Under the pieces are notes generated by a model. The model made no database searches, was not told where the DNA came from, and was given only the letters and a program-made list of their open reading frames with translations. A stretch of DNA of 64,000 nucleotides, taken from contig CM000207.1 of NCBI GenBank assembly GCA_000002445.1, positions 832,001 to 896,000 on the forward strand, in the 5' to 3' direction. Shown here one piece after another: positions 1 through 11,568 of this stretch. The translations under genes were made by a program, and so were the position numbers. The first letter of the stretch is position 1. The number at the start of each line of letters is the position of its first letter. The stretch is from Trypanosoma brucei. Its lineage: Eukaryota.

Positions 1-61
1 GGTTAACACTTTCGTGCATAACACCTCCGCGCGTTCTTAAACGTACAAGCCAGCAAGTTAA

Positions 62-73
62 CCCCCCCCCCCC
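62..73. repeat. C12 homopolymer
   Basis: Direct read. Similar C10 to C13 runs occur at 11461-11470 and 52387-52399. Confidence 0.9.
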
Positions 74-3000
74 TCACAAGTAAAATTTTCTACGGCGTCA
101 CTGCAGAGGAGACTCGGGGCTGCGCACATACAGGAAGAGAAGGTCTAAAAGCGACCCGGGTCATTTTGCTGGGCTCGCACTCCGTGCGGCAGTGCCAAAA
201 AAGAGTCCCATTTCACCCCTGCACTGCACTCCCCCCTGGTTATGTGTCTCAAGCTGCGGACCGACAGCACACAGGGAAAAAAATGGGTGCAGTAAGTTCC
301 CGGTGGGTGGTATGCATCCCTCTCGCATCCGCCGTGTGTAATGAGAGCCGCCGCATGGCGGAGGAAAACCGGTGCCATGGAGTTCCGAGGGATTAGTCGT
401 TCCCTCCATTCACACGAAAGGTGTGGCAAAACGGGGGAGGGGTGACTGGCCTCTCGCCACAGTCCATCTAAGCCTGCCTGTACGGCAGCTGCAGTACTTC
501 CTTCCACGGTATTGGCGGAGGCTTCAGCGAATAATTTTTCCTCAAACCGTCTCTTACCCGCGGCGAAAGAGGGGCGAGTGAGTGGACTCTTATGCCCCTC
601 TTGTCAGGCTTCGAACGGTCTTGTCCCGATTGCCGGGTAAGGCCTAGCAGGAGTGTGAGAGCGGCCCTTCAAGGTGGCTCTGCAGGTGAACAAAGCCACT
701 GGACTTGGACAGGCAGTGGTTCTTTCATGATCCCGTCATCACAGCCGCGGTCCGGTACGCCGCGGAGTGGCGTTTGTGTTCCAAGGGAGACTTGCCGAGC
801 CGTTCACCTTCTGTGCGGGATGAGGCCGAACCTATTTCGTTCGGGAGCTCACCTCGGTGGTGACTGTGGTTTTGGTGGGTGCCTTGCTCCGCTGTGTTGA
901 AATTTGTCGAGGTGCGTGCTATTTTTTCCTTTTCTTTTTTTTTTTTGGTATCGAGTGTGACTTTCTGGGGGTAATGTGGTTGTTATTTCGCTGGAAGTGT
1001 GCGCTCCCTGAGGTGCACACATCTGGGCGGTGCGTGCCCCTCTGGGGTTCTGCGGCGTTGGGTAGCGTGCCCCTTGGTGTTATTGTTCTTTCTAGCGAGA
1101 CTGCCGGTCGAGAAGTGTGTGTGTGGAGACACGCTGCTACGTGGGGTCGTCCTCCTGGTGTGTGTGTGTTGCTCGCGCGCGCATGCCTGCCTGCGCGGGA
1201 TTCGCTGAGCAATGTGTCGCTGACTTCCCTTTATAAAAAAAAAAGAAAAATAGTTCGCGATATGTTCGTTTGCTTGACAGACGCCGAAGTACCGTGTTCA
1301 CGCAAAGGGTCGATGAAGATCTCGTCTCGCCTTTCGCGCTTTCGGGGTCCCGCAGTTATCGTATCTTTTCGAAGTGCACCGGGCTAAGATTCGCGTGGGG
1401 TGCCGTGCCGATTTCCCGACTGGTGATGCACTTCAGTTACTGCGGTGTTGTTTCCGTTCATTTTTTGATTTTGAATCACTTTTTTTTGTGTTTTTGACAA
1501 ATACAGGTTCTGGTGTACGCGAAGCGTATGCTTTTCTGGAGGTGGGCTTGCGCCCGGAATCTTCGTCAAACTCAGAAGATTTGTGACGTTTTTGGTCAAG
1601 TCACTACTACACATATATATGTGGTGAGGGTTGGTAACTTGCCCTGTGAACTAGCAACCACCTGCTGTTTGCTAAAGGACCAACTTTCGCTTTGTATTAT
1701 ATTTTATTTGATTCCCCCGGGAGGTGGAATGTGTTGTCATTTGTTCTAATCTGGGTGATAATCCTCGCCTGATTTAAAAAAAAGGAAAACGGCGACGGGT
1801 CAGTGTTATGTTATCTTTGCGACCAGAACTGTTTGTCAACAAATAAGTGGGTGTATTATTGTATAAGGGGGAGAGATTCTGTTTGGACCACAGCGGATAA
1901 ATAATAGGAGCAAATATAACTGTATGTACTCCTGAGCACAATAGAGTTTTGTTCGAAGAAAAGGATCACTTCATTGATCCTGCTTTTGCCAAATTTTTGC
2001 CTTTTGGTGACAAGAGCACTTGATAGCGGCGTGTCGCAATTCGGTTGTATGGTTTCTATAACTTAAATCCCGTGGATGGAAGCTGCGGATGAATATACAG
2101 TTAACTGTGTGCACGGCTGCCATTATGATTTCCCCCCTCTGCGTTCTAACCAACCCTAAGCTCGCTGGTAAGTTTGTACGAAGCTTTTCGGAGGAAAGTA
2201 AAATATTTTTCGGTTATTCGTTACGTACTGAAAACATCTTATGGTTTATTTATATTAGGGATTTGCGTTCTTGAGCTGAACAATTAGACGTGTCCGAAAT
2301 GTAAGTTTCGATTACTGCTTTCATTTTCCCGGTCTACATATATACATCCGCGCACACATATATGTATGCATATATTAAGTGCGTGGGCTTGAGTCTCCAT
2401 GTATATGTACATAGCTTCTATTTTCTGTAGTAATACGAAGGTCGTGTTGTGCGCAACCACTCGTGTACTGTGTGCGGTAATGTTTTCAAATGGTTAAAAT
2501 TTCCCCCCTTTTAATAGAGCGGCGTGCACACGCTAGCTTCGGTTTATATTATTTACTTCTATCAAACGCTCGTGATGTTTAAAGGTTTCCTCCCCTTTTT
2601 GGCGTGCATGGGTATGGGGACACAGGATGTCGCTTGTTTTTTTATTTTCTGCGCTCTTATCATAAGTTGCACGTGTGGAAAATGTTAATCTGAAATAAAG
2701 CGGGTGTAAATTGTATCGTTCAGTAAAGGAGGGATGCGTTCACAGTATCGAAAAAGTTTCAGATCACACTGAAGGCAATCGACCGTATTTAAATGTAAAG
2801 GTGCAGTGATATTCCGACGGCACTATTCCGTTAGTTGCTTACTGTAGGCGCCGTGATGTTTTGAAAATTTTCTTATTTACTCTGTGTTTACTCATTGGGC
2901 CTTCTGTTTTTGACTACACCAGTGGGAAAAAACGTTTTTTACACTTGAACCACTCATAAAATGCTTTTTGCAATGAAAAAAAAAGAGAGTAAATCCACTA

Positions 3001-4928
3001 ATATCCCAACGAGGTAGGGCATTTCTTTTACATCAACAATGCCGAAAGAATATGGATTGGGGAAGAAACCTTAATTCCGGTAGGCTGACGTGAACTTTTT
3101 TATTACTTTTCTAGTGGCCGAAGGGTTCTTCAAGGAAAAAAAAATAAGGATTGGGATCTTTTTTTTTTTTTGACGACAACATCTTTGTCACTGTTCAACT
3201 CTCTTGAAAAGAATGTGATAAAATTGTGAGGTTATCTTTTGATGACTTGGAAAATATTGAGTATTTCCCGAAGTGGCCTAATTACGTGTGAGGTAAGGTC
3301 GATCGACGGTCTGAGCCGGGCGGTGCCCATGTTTGTATCGTTTCCCCTTTGTTTCTCATCACGTTAGGTCTGCTAGCAAGGTGCCCTAAGGAGGACCTTT
3401 TATTTAGATTAATATTTCCCCGATCACGTGTAGTCTATGAAGCAGGTCTGTGCGCTTGCTCAAGAGAAAACTAAAGGAATGATGTTGTTTTATCCTCGTT
3501 GTTTCGTAGTGCGGCTCATAGTTTTACAATGCCCCACATATTGCCCGAAAGGTGGCCCGGGCACAATTTGTTCAATCTTCAGAGGATGAGTTGCCCCGTT
3601 TTGATTCATTCACAGCAATATATCCCCTCTCAGCCCCTTCCAACGAGTGTCGTGTTTAACCCTATGTGCGGGTTGGGGAAAAGAACGGTTGTTTTAATGT
3701 ACGGTGGCTTTATGACTTAGATTATGAACCACAAACTGTGTTTCATATTGGTTGCACCAACCAACGTAAGGAGACTTGTATTGGCCACTTTGGTCAAGAT
3801 AATTCGCGTACTCTTCCCCTTCCTGAGTGCAAGGGCTTTGTGAAGTTGACCGGGCTATTAATTAAAAAAAGGGTTATGCCTTACCGACTTGATTGCAGTT
3901 GGAGGATGTCTCCATTGTTTGTTATCGTTCTGTTACCAGCGCTTCTCCGATTTCGTTTATTAGGGCGTGTTCTTTACTAAATTGGCTTCCACACAGGGAA
4001 AAACAAAGATGAGAAAAGAGGCGGCGATGAAGTGCGCTTTGTTTGCTCAGATATTCTGGTTAGTGCTGTCAGGGGTTGATTGGAAACCAGATACCTCAAG
4101 ATTGTTCTGCCAAGTGTTGTTTTACAAAAATTCTACCTATTCTGCACCTCCTTTTGGTAGTGGTGTATAACTCAATTGGATAGCAAGACACATGACACTC
4201 TGCTTCCTTTTGTTTGTGATCGTCGTTGTGATTCGCTGTACTTGCCTATGTGGGGAAGAGAAATGTCATTCTACCTTTTTTCTTTTGAAATTTGTCTCTT
4301 TGCTAGAATTTGGATGGACTTGTTGTCACGTACGTATCAATGTGTAATTATTGATATTCGGAATAAGTGAAAAAAAAATGGACGGGTCTTCAGGGACATC
4401 CATCCCTTTTCTTGATGTGCTGGAAAGTGTTGCGGCAGGTACTGTTCTGTAGTTGGGTGAGCGCTTGCGTCAGGTTTCTGAGCTACTGATGTTTTCCTCA
4501 GGTACGGACGAAGTGGGGGATTATTGGAAAATGTTTTTATCTAGTTTCTAATGTTTATCATTTGTTTACGGTATGTTGCCGCTACAAAAATACTGGTAAT
4601 TATGACGTTTCTGCTGCCCTCGGTTATGACGTACTTGGAAGGATCGAACGTTACTTTTTTTTTTAAAAAAAATCAAAACTGTTTAAAAATTTTACGTTGC
4701 AGTCGCTTAAAAAAAATTTATGTGTGTATTTCCCCCTATGTGTTCCGTTCACTGTGCCTGTAGGTCAAAGGACGTTTATGATGCCTTAAAAAAAAAGAAA
4801 TTGGTCCCTTGAACCTCGTATTTTGTCTTCCTTTTCCTATTTTGCTTTATTTACACCATCATGTATTTAGGGACATCGAGCTTAGGACTCATAGGGAAAC
4901 GGGTTGCCAATAATTTATTACTTTAATA

Positions 4929-7900
4929 GTGGTTCGTCTCGGTAGGTATTTTGGGTGTGAGATGTCCGATCTCCTTGAGTTCTTTGTCCCAGCCTATGCC
5001 CGTGACTTGGAAAATATTGAAAAAGTTGGCGTGACTCAGTATCACATCAGTGAACCGTGTGATTTTGACGTCCCTCCACGGCAGCAGCTCGATGATCTTA
5101 CACGTCTTTTTGACAGTCTTCACAGGGAGAAGTCACCGACAGCTCTTTTTTCCAAACCGGAGCTGTTCGCAGCCCTTTTCACGTATATAAAGGCCATGGA
5201 GGACAAGGAAACAAGTTTTGCTGTCACGAGAGGTGCAAGACACAAAATATGTCATGAATCTGCCGAACGATTGAAGAAACTTCTCCAAATATGCGTGACA
5301 TATCTGAGGAGGAACGCCGAAAATGGTTTTAGAGATTCTCTGCTTTTGTGTTTGCGTTCAAATATTAAAATGTACGTTTTTGTTCTTTGCAATACCTTGC
5401 TGTCCACGGCACCGGGTATAGATGACGACGAGGGCATGTCTCCTTCATTCCAGAGGACGGGGCGAAAACGAAAGCGGAATAAGGGTAATCAAGAGGCAGG
5501 AATAGGTGAAGATGACAGTGGAGTCGATCAGGATGGCCGCGAACAGGCCCTTTCTGCACTTATAGATATTTTTTCACAGGACATTTTACAACTATGGACA
5601 GGGGAACTCATAGAAGAATCTATGCTGACTCTCATGCTGCGGATGCTACTTCACATGATCACCCAAAAGTGCAATATTCATGCCGATGTACAATCCGTGT
5701 CTGGTGCGCTTGTGGTTCTTCTTTCCAAGATATCTGCACAGATGATGGCCAGAGGTTCAATTGAGCCCAATGATTTTGTTTCTCCAATGATCGAACTGGT
5801 GTTGAAGTCTGAAGTAACCGCCCTTTTCTTCACGCGATTCGTCGCTGAAACAGAGAATGAGGGTGCGTCTGCTAATCACGCAGGCCGTGTAGTCACTGCG
5901 CTTATTGAAGGCGTTGCTGGTGTCGCCCTCTACGATGTTGTGGGTGATCCATCCGCTGCGAAAAATGTTGCTTTGTTTTTCAGTGAAGTCGCGAGGAGGT
6001 GCGTGAGCGTAACATCACGTATGTCCGATATTGTGATGCAAACCATTAACAGCGAAAGTTACGAAGTAAGGAAGTCGATCATCACTTGTGTCACTGAAAT
6101 GGTTATTCAGCGTTACAGTGGGCCTAACTGTAACGGCGAAGGTGAGGAGGAGATCCGTGATGGCTATCTCTCCGAGCTGCTGTGTCGCCTCATGGACTGT
6201 AATCCATATGTTCGTAATCACGTTGTGCACATGTGGGAGAAGTTGTTGGAGGCTCGAGCCGTCCCAAAACGCTTCCGCTTACCGCTAACGGGCGCTATTG
6301 TCGGCAGACTAGAAGACAGAAACTACCTTGTGAGGGACTCTGCCCTTCAGGTCGTCGTATCGATATTAAACAAGAGCTGGTTCGGCAGTGTATTGAGTCC
6401 ATCGTTGCTAGAAGAGAAGATTCGTGAGGCGACGGCTGCGGCCGAGGTTCTTTTTGAGTCCGTGGAAATGTATGTGAGGTGTCTAGAGGGCGTGAGAAAG
6501 TCCTCTACGTTTACGGAACCCCAAGCTAGTGGTTTGGCTGAAGAGGCAACGGGAGACGTTCCCGTTCCCATAGAGATGTCAAGCGAGCAAGAGTCTGCGA
6601 TTGATCGGGTTATCTCTTTTGAAGCATCAATGGAGTTCGCTAAATTGATAGCAAAATCACTAACGCATGCTACGTCCCTGCTGGATAGCCGAACTGAGCG
6701 AGATGCTATCGAGGCTATAAAGCTTGTGGTTGCCTGTAACCGACACCGGATCGATGAGGCTGAAAAAGCCTTTCTTCACGTACTGGTAATGGTTTACGAA
6801 GGGGAAATCAAGATTCAGTACGCTGTGCGAGACGCCCTCGTAGATGTTGTTTTCAACGCGTTTTCAAGGTCAACGACATCGTTAGCGGTGCAGAACACCG
6901 CCAGTGCTCATAAGTTGATTAGCTTTCTTCGCGGTGCAAAGGAGGGTGACATCAGCGCTGTTGATAGAGTATTCGCTCTCATTAGAACGAACCCTCCCCA
7001 CTGGCGACTCATTTCAGGCCACTTCATAGACGCTCTGTGGGGGATCGCAGGCGGTGCACTCGATGGCGGTGCCACTCTCGTTGAAAGGCGAATAGCTATG
7101 CGCCTTTTCAGCATTGTCTGCAAGCATGATTGGCACGCACTGGTATCCAGAAAAGAAAGCGTTGTGGAGTTTTTGAAGTCGGGCACTATGAAGGACAACG
7201 TTGTTTTGGCGTACTGCTTGAAGAGTCTCGAGGTTGAAGGTCAGGATCCACACTATCAGCCTATATCGTCCAAATTTGCGCCGGGTGAGCATGTAATTCT
7301 TGAGCAATTGGTTTTTCACTTGTGCAGAACCACAACTACGTTGTCTTCATGGCTAATCGTGGCCGATGCAGCTATTAGCGCTGTTCATCGCCTATGCGAA
7401 GTTCCCGCAGTTGTTTATATCTATGTATTGGAGTATCTCGCACAAAGAGTTGACGCTGATGTTAATACTCAGGCTCAGCTTTTTTTTGTATTGGGGCGTA
7501 CAGCGCTGAAACAGCTCGTTGCGGTTGATTGCCTAGAACGCCAGCATCTGAAAAGGGTCGATGTCGAAGCTATGGCTAAGAAGCCAGCAACGGAGCAGTC
7601 GGTTGTGGGTGATGCTGACGCTATGCACAAGGAATTGGGTTTGGGCTCTCACGAGTACAGAAGGCACGCGATCCAGGAACTAGCTCAACGCCGTAAGCAG
7701 GCTATCATGTCTGAGGGTTCAATCTGGCACCGTCTCTCCAAAGATGTTGTTGATGTCTGTCGGAAAAAGGCATCGCGGTCTGTGGGTAACCCACTAGAGA
7801 GGGTCTGCGCCGTCATGACTATGTCTGAGCTCATGATTGTGAGTGACCAGTTCTGTGAGCAGCATCTAGATCTTCTCTTCACCATCGTTTCCGACAAACG

Positions 7901-8738
7901 AGAATCGTGGGTTGTAAAGACGAACGCAGTCATTGCGTTGGGGGATCTGGCCTGCGTACACCCGAATCTTCTTTCTCCATATCTCAAGGTGCCAACAACG
8001 GGGTTCTTCAAACTTCTTAACGATGCTGATGTCAGAGTCCGTGCGGTAACGATTCAGGTGTGTTCCCACCTTGTTCTCGGGGAAATGCTCCGAATTCGAG
8101 ATCACCTTTATATCATAGTGAGGCTTGTGGCTGATCCTAATGAAACAATTGCTAGCAACGCGGTAACGTTCGTGCAGAACCTGGCGTTGAAGGAAAAAGA
8201 GAGGACGGGGAACCTAATTCCTCCTCTTGTTGTTCAACTAAGCCACGTCGTACCAGCTGATAAGTTTCAGCTGGCGATGCGGTCGCTTCTTGAGCGCGTT
8301 GAGGGCGATAAACCGACAGAATCACTAATAGAACGTTTGTGTCAACGGTTTGAACCATATTCGGAGCGCGGAACCAAAAAGCGGCAAATTGCACGCAATC
8401 TGGCTTTTTGCCTTCACGAGCTCACTTATGCAACTGAAAGGACTATCAAACGGATCACCTCGGAGGTCTGCTATCAACAGTATAAGCAATGGTTGCGGGA
8501 TGACGTCGTACTGGACTATTTTAAGGATATCGCCGCCAAGGCTAAAAAGGTTGGGCTTCGAATTGGAACAGAACGTCGTGATAAAGCGGCTATTGAGGAA
8601 TGGGAGGCTCGGATGCAGGCTGATTGCTGCGGACTGGATGACCCCAGAGGCAGTAGGCAGCTCACTGGTGACGAGTCTAGAGAAGCTGGAGACCAGAATG
8701 AACGCGACAACTGGGACACTACGGCTGACGGCTTGTAA
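4929..8738 (+). CDS. Condensin complex subunit 1 (CAP-D2/Cnd1-like), a HEAT-repeat protein. The true start may be the downstream Met at 4962 (MSDLLEFF).
   Basis: 1269-aa ORF. The C-terminal block NAVIALGDLACVHPNLLSPYL...DADVRVRAVTIQVCSHLVLGEMLRIRDHLYIIVRLVADPNETIASNAV closely matches the conserved Cnd1 C-terminal domain of CAP-D2 (human ...SNLIVALGDLSIRFPNLVEPWT...). The rest reads as HEAT-like helical repeats. Confidence 0.75.
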   Translation: MVRLGRYFGCEMSDLLEFFVPAYARDLENIEKVGVTQYHISEPCDFDVPPRQQLDDLTRLFDSLHREKSPTALFSKPELFAALFTYIKAMEDKETSFAVTRGARHKICHESAERLKKLLQICVTYLRRNAENGFRDSLLLCLRSNIKMYVFVLCNTLLSTAPGIDDDEGMSPSFQRTGRKRKRNKGNQEAGIGEDDSGVDQDGREQALSALIDIFSQDILQLWTGELIEESMLTLMLRMLLHMITQKCNIHADVQSVSGALVVLLSKISAQMMARGSIEPNDFVSPMIELVLKSEVTALFFTRFVAETENEGASANHAGRVVTALIEGVAGVALYDVVGDPSAAKNVALFFSEVARRCVSVTSRMSDIVMQTINSESYEVRKSIITCVTEMVIQRYSGPNCNGEGEEEIRDGYLSELLCRLMDCNPYVRNHVVHMWEKLLEARAVPKRFRLPLTGAIVGRLEDRNYLVRDSALQVVVSILNKSWFGSVLSPSLLEEKIREATAAAEVLFESVEMYVRCLEGVRKSSTFTEPQASGLAEEATGDVPVPIEMSSEQESAIDRVISFEASMEFAKLIAKSLTHATSLLDSRTERDAIEAIKLVVACNRHRIDEAEKAFLHVLVMVYEGEIKIQYAVRDALVDVVFNAFSRSTTSLAVQNTASAHKLISFLRGAKEGDISAVDRVFALIRTNPPHWRLISGHFIDALWGIAGGALDGGATLVERRIAMRLFSIVCKHDWHALVSRKESVVEFLKSGTMKDNVVLAYCLKSLEVEGQDPHYQPISSKFAPGEHVILEQLVFHLCRTTTTLSSWLIVADAAISAVHRLCEVPAVVYIYVLEYLAQRVDADVNTQAQLFFVLGRTALKQLVAVDCLERQHLKRVDVEAMAKKPATEQSVVGDADAMHKELGLGSHEYRRHAIQELAQRRKQAIMSEGSIWHRLSKDVVDVCRKKASRSVGNPLERVCAVMTMSELMIVSDQFCEQHLDLLFTIVSDKRESWVVKTNAVIALGDLACVHPNLLSPYLKVPTTGFFKLLNDADVRVRAVTIQVCSHLVLGEMLRIRDHLYIIVRLVADPNETIASNAVTFVQNLALKEKERTGNLIPPLVVQLSHVVPADKFQLAMRSLLERVEGDKPTESLIERLCQRFEPYSERGTKKRQIARNLAFCLHELTYATERTIKRITSEVCYQQYKQWLRDDVVLDYFKDIAAKAKKVGLRIGTERRDKAAIEEWEARMQADCCGLDDPRGSRQLTGDESREAGDQNERDNWDTTADGL

Positions 8739-9215
8739 CGGAATTATGCGACTTCACACGAGGTGCAGTTTCTTGTGCGAGTATCACGGAATTGTCATTC
8801 ACCAAGAAAAATGGTAGTTATATAGAAGAGTGCCAACGGCATAAAACTTTTTTTCTTTTCGGCCCATGGGGGTTATGTTTAGTGTTTTTTTCTTGCTTGG
8901 TACAGTTGATTGCCGGGAATCAAATGCGCGAAGGACACTCCCGTGGGGGCACTTCACATTTAGAAGGAAAAGCTTATGCGGCTACATTTTTGTATGCAGT
9001 TTGGACGAGGTGTCGTATAGCGCATGTGCCTTCCGGATGCTTTGAATAGGTCTTGAATGCCGTGTGCTTTTTTGTGCCTCCGTATTCTTCACATCTATTG
9101 CACCGATATGTAAATTGGCCGTGTTCCCAGGGGTTCTTTTGAGGTCCCCACCTTTCCTTTTCTTTATTCTTATTGTGCTTTAACCAGTTTCGATCGCGGG
9201 GAGGGTACCGGACTT

Positions 9216-10430
9216 GTGTCTGAACTGCAGCGGTGGGGCGCTCGTTCGCTGCCGTCGGTCATTGTCTGGGGAGACATGTCAGCGTCCCGGATGGTGCCGG
9301 CCGATTTTGAGCTCGGATCAGCTCTTGGTGCGGGATCCTTCAGTAAGGTGGTGACAGCCAGCCACGTACCAACCGGACGGCGCTATGCGATCAAGGTGGT
9401 TTCAAAGCAACAGATCTGTACCGCTCCCTCCGATGAAGAAAAGAGGCGTATGGCAGAAGTGGCCATAAGAGAGGCCCGCATGCTTCGTATGTGCAGCCAC
9501 CCCAACATTGTCCGGTTCCACGCCTCAATGCAAGGTCCGCAGGACCTTATGTACGTAACGGAACTTTGTGACGGGGGGGAGCTACTCGAAGCTATCAAAG
9601 CGTGGGGAACAATACCCCTTGAGGCTGCACGCCACGTCCTCGCCGAGCTTTTTTCGGCTATATGGTATTTGCATCATGCACCGAAACACACACAGCCCGG
9701 AGTTCCTGATGCCCCCCTTGAGTCAATAACAATATTACATAGAGATATAAAACCCGAAAATATTATGCTGATGAGCGATAGGCACGTCAGGCTCATTGAC
9801 TTCGGTACGGCGGTGGTGTGTCGGTCGGTTGACGAACGGCCGGAAGGTGAACACAGTAGCAAAGGAAGGGCGAAGACATTTTGTGGTACAGCACCTTACA
9901 TGTCACCTGAATTGTTACGGAACAACTACACTTGCACTGCTTCTGATTACTGGGCCTGTGGTTGCGTGTTATACCACATGCTGGTGGGCAAGCGTCCTTT
10001 TGATGGATCAACGGAGTACTTTCTTATACAGAGTATCCTCGAAAAGGAACCCGAGTATCCCGAGGACTTAGACGACGACGCGAAGGATTTGATACACAGG
10101 TTGCTGTCAAAATCACCGGATGAACGACCCGGTCGTGAAGAGGTGCAAAATCATCCATTTTTTGTGAGTATTGATTTTGATGGTCTCGCAACGAAGGAAG
10201 TGGCCCCTTTTTGGGTGAGGAACGTTGAGTGGGAGCCCAATTCCCTATTTAGCACCTGCGTAGTCTGTAGAAGGGCGTTCTTCCTCTGGAGGCGTCGCCG
10301 CCACTGTCATAATTGTGGGAAGTTGGTTTGTAGTTCCTGCTCCGCGAATCATATTACCATACCTGGTTGTTCCAGCGCCTCCCCTGAGAGGGTTTGTGAT
10401 TCTTGCTTTGGCAAGATTAGGGGGGATTGA
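9216..10430 (+). CDS. PDK1-like AGC protein kinase with a C-terminal FYVE-like zinc finger
   Basis: Kinase motifs LGAGSFSKV, YAIKV, HRDIKPENIML, DFGTA, GTAPYMSPELL, EYFLIQSIL and HPFF line up with human PDK1 (LGEGSFSTVV, YAIKIL, HRDLKPENIL, DFGTAK, GTAQYVSPELL, EYLIFQKII, HPFF). The C-terminus CVVCRRAFFLWRRRRHCHNCGKLVCSSCS...RVCDSCF carries the FYVE R(R/K)HHCRxCG and RVC signatures where PDK1 has a PH domain. Confidence 0.8.
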   Translation: MSELQRWGARSLPSVIVWGDMSASRMVPADFELGSALGAGSFSKVVTASHVPTGRRYAIKVVSKQQICTAPSDEEKRRMAEVAIREARMLRMCSHPNIVRFHASMQGPQDLMYVTELCDGGELLEAIKAWGTIPLEAARHVLAELFSAIWYLHHAPKHTQPGVPDAPLESITILHRDIKPENIMLMSDRHVRLIDFGTAVVCRSVDERPEGEHSSKGRAKTFCGTAPYMSPELLRNNYTCTASDYWACGCVLYHMLVGKRPFDGSTEYFLIQSILEKEPEYPEDLDDDAKDLIHRLLSKSPDERPGREEVQNHPFFVSIDFDGLATKEVAPFWVRNVEWEPNSLFSTCVVCRRAFFLWRRRRHCHNCGKLVCSSCSANHITIPGCSSASPERVCDSCFGKIRGD

Positions 10431-10668
10431 GCGGAAGCAGGAGGTCGCGTTTAACGTTTCGGAAGTTTCTTTATTAACTGTGTCGTTAGCAATAGTATTC
10501 ACGGAACGCAGCAAATAGGTGTTCACTCACTCACCCCTCTCCACTGACTCCCTCATTGGGTTATGTTATGCTTACACACGCATGCACATCTATAAAGTTG
10601 TGTAGATACATTCACGCATGCTCCGTGCACCTATATTTTTCTTGTTTGTAAACTGCAGAGCAGATACC

Positions 10669-11337
10669 ATGGCCGCGGATGATGAGTCTGCCGCACTGCT
10701 GCACCGCCTTGGGTGGTTAGTTGAGCGAAGCAAGGTCGGGTTCAAGGGGAACCCCCCTCCCTTTGAGTCAGCCAAAACTCAGAAAAGCGTGGAAATAATG
10801 AAAAGAAAAGAAAAGAGGAAACTTGCGGGGGGTACGAGCTTTAAGCCCTTTATCCACGGACCTCCGAGACTTGCCGAGGATTCACGGCCAACAAGACACT
10901 TGCGGGGCATAGACACCCAAAAATACGATGCTCAACTGAGCAAAACGGCCTTAAGCGGCCGTTGCCAGAAGTTAGATAGATCAACTGGATGCCCAGAGAT
11001 ACTGGCGGCTTTATGTTGGGATTTAGAAGCAAAGAAACCTGATGCCAATAAAGCTCAGAAGGATCCCGTTGGAACAGTTTGCCATCCTGATGATGGCCAT
11101 CGAGCGGCCACCGCTGGCAAAAATCAGTACCTTCTTACCCTGAGCAAGGAGGAAAGGGAAGCGTATTATAGATCTGAAGCGATAAATCACCCGAAGTTCA
11201 CCAGAAGGAGCCGCGAGTACCGGGAGGGCTTAGGATGGTACCACGGGTCTCAGCTTGTGGGGCCATTGCGTAAAGGCAGCTGTTCATCTGAACCTAAGAC
11301 TCGGAACTGCATTCGTCTGGTGAATAGAAATATTTAG
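10669..11337 (+). CDS. Hypothetical basic protein. The start is taken at MAADDE, after an upstream pyrimidine tract.
   Basis: ORF of about 222 aa on the coding strand of the polycistron. It lies downstream of a CT-rich tract and AG and has a basic, Lys/Arg-rich composition. No recognisable domain. Confidence 0.3.
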   Translation: MAADDESAALLHRLGWLVERSKVGFKGNPPPFESAKTQKSVEIMKRKEKRKLAGGTSFKPFIHGPPRLAEDSRPTRHLRGIDTQKYDAQLSKTALSGRCQKLDRSTGCPEILAALCWDLEAKKPDANKAQKDPVGTVCHPDDGHRAATAGKNQYLLTLSKEEREAYYRSEAINHPKFTRRSREYREGLGWYHGSQLVGPLRKGSCSSEPKTRNCIRLVNRNI

Positions 11338-11568
11338 CACTCGCTAGAGTTGCAAGTAAGGATGTGGCTTACCGGTGTGTAGGATTGGGTTAGTTACTGT
11401 TGCGTTATATTGTAAATCCCCCTTCACTGCTGCTACTGCTCTATGATGTGTTCCGTGCCTCCCCCCCCCCTATTCCCTTCGCCCGTAAGCTGGAAGCAGG
11501 AGCTTCGTTCATCGTCCGTGGCGCGCAGGGGCATCGCACTAGGCCTCACCTGGAATTTTTAGGGTCCA

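Noticed and set aside
857-1387. A 176-aa ORF and other 60-120-aa ORFs within the first 1.5 kb
   Set aside because: Their translations are low-complexity and Cys/Gly/Arg-rich, which comes from GC-rich non-coding sequence. No family motifs are present and no pyrimidine tract plus AG precedes them.
8350-8817. A 155-aa + strand ORF overlapping the 3' end of the condensin gene in another frame
   Set aside because: It is an out-of-frame overlap with a well-supported CDS and has no motifs.
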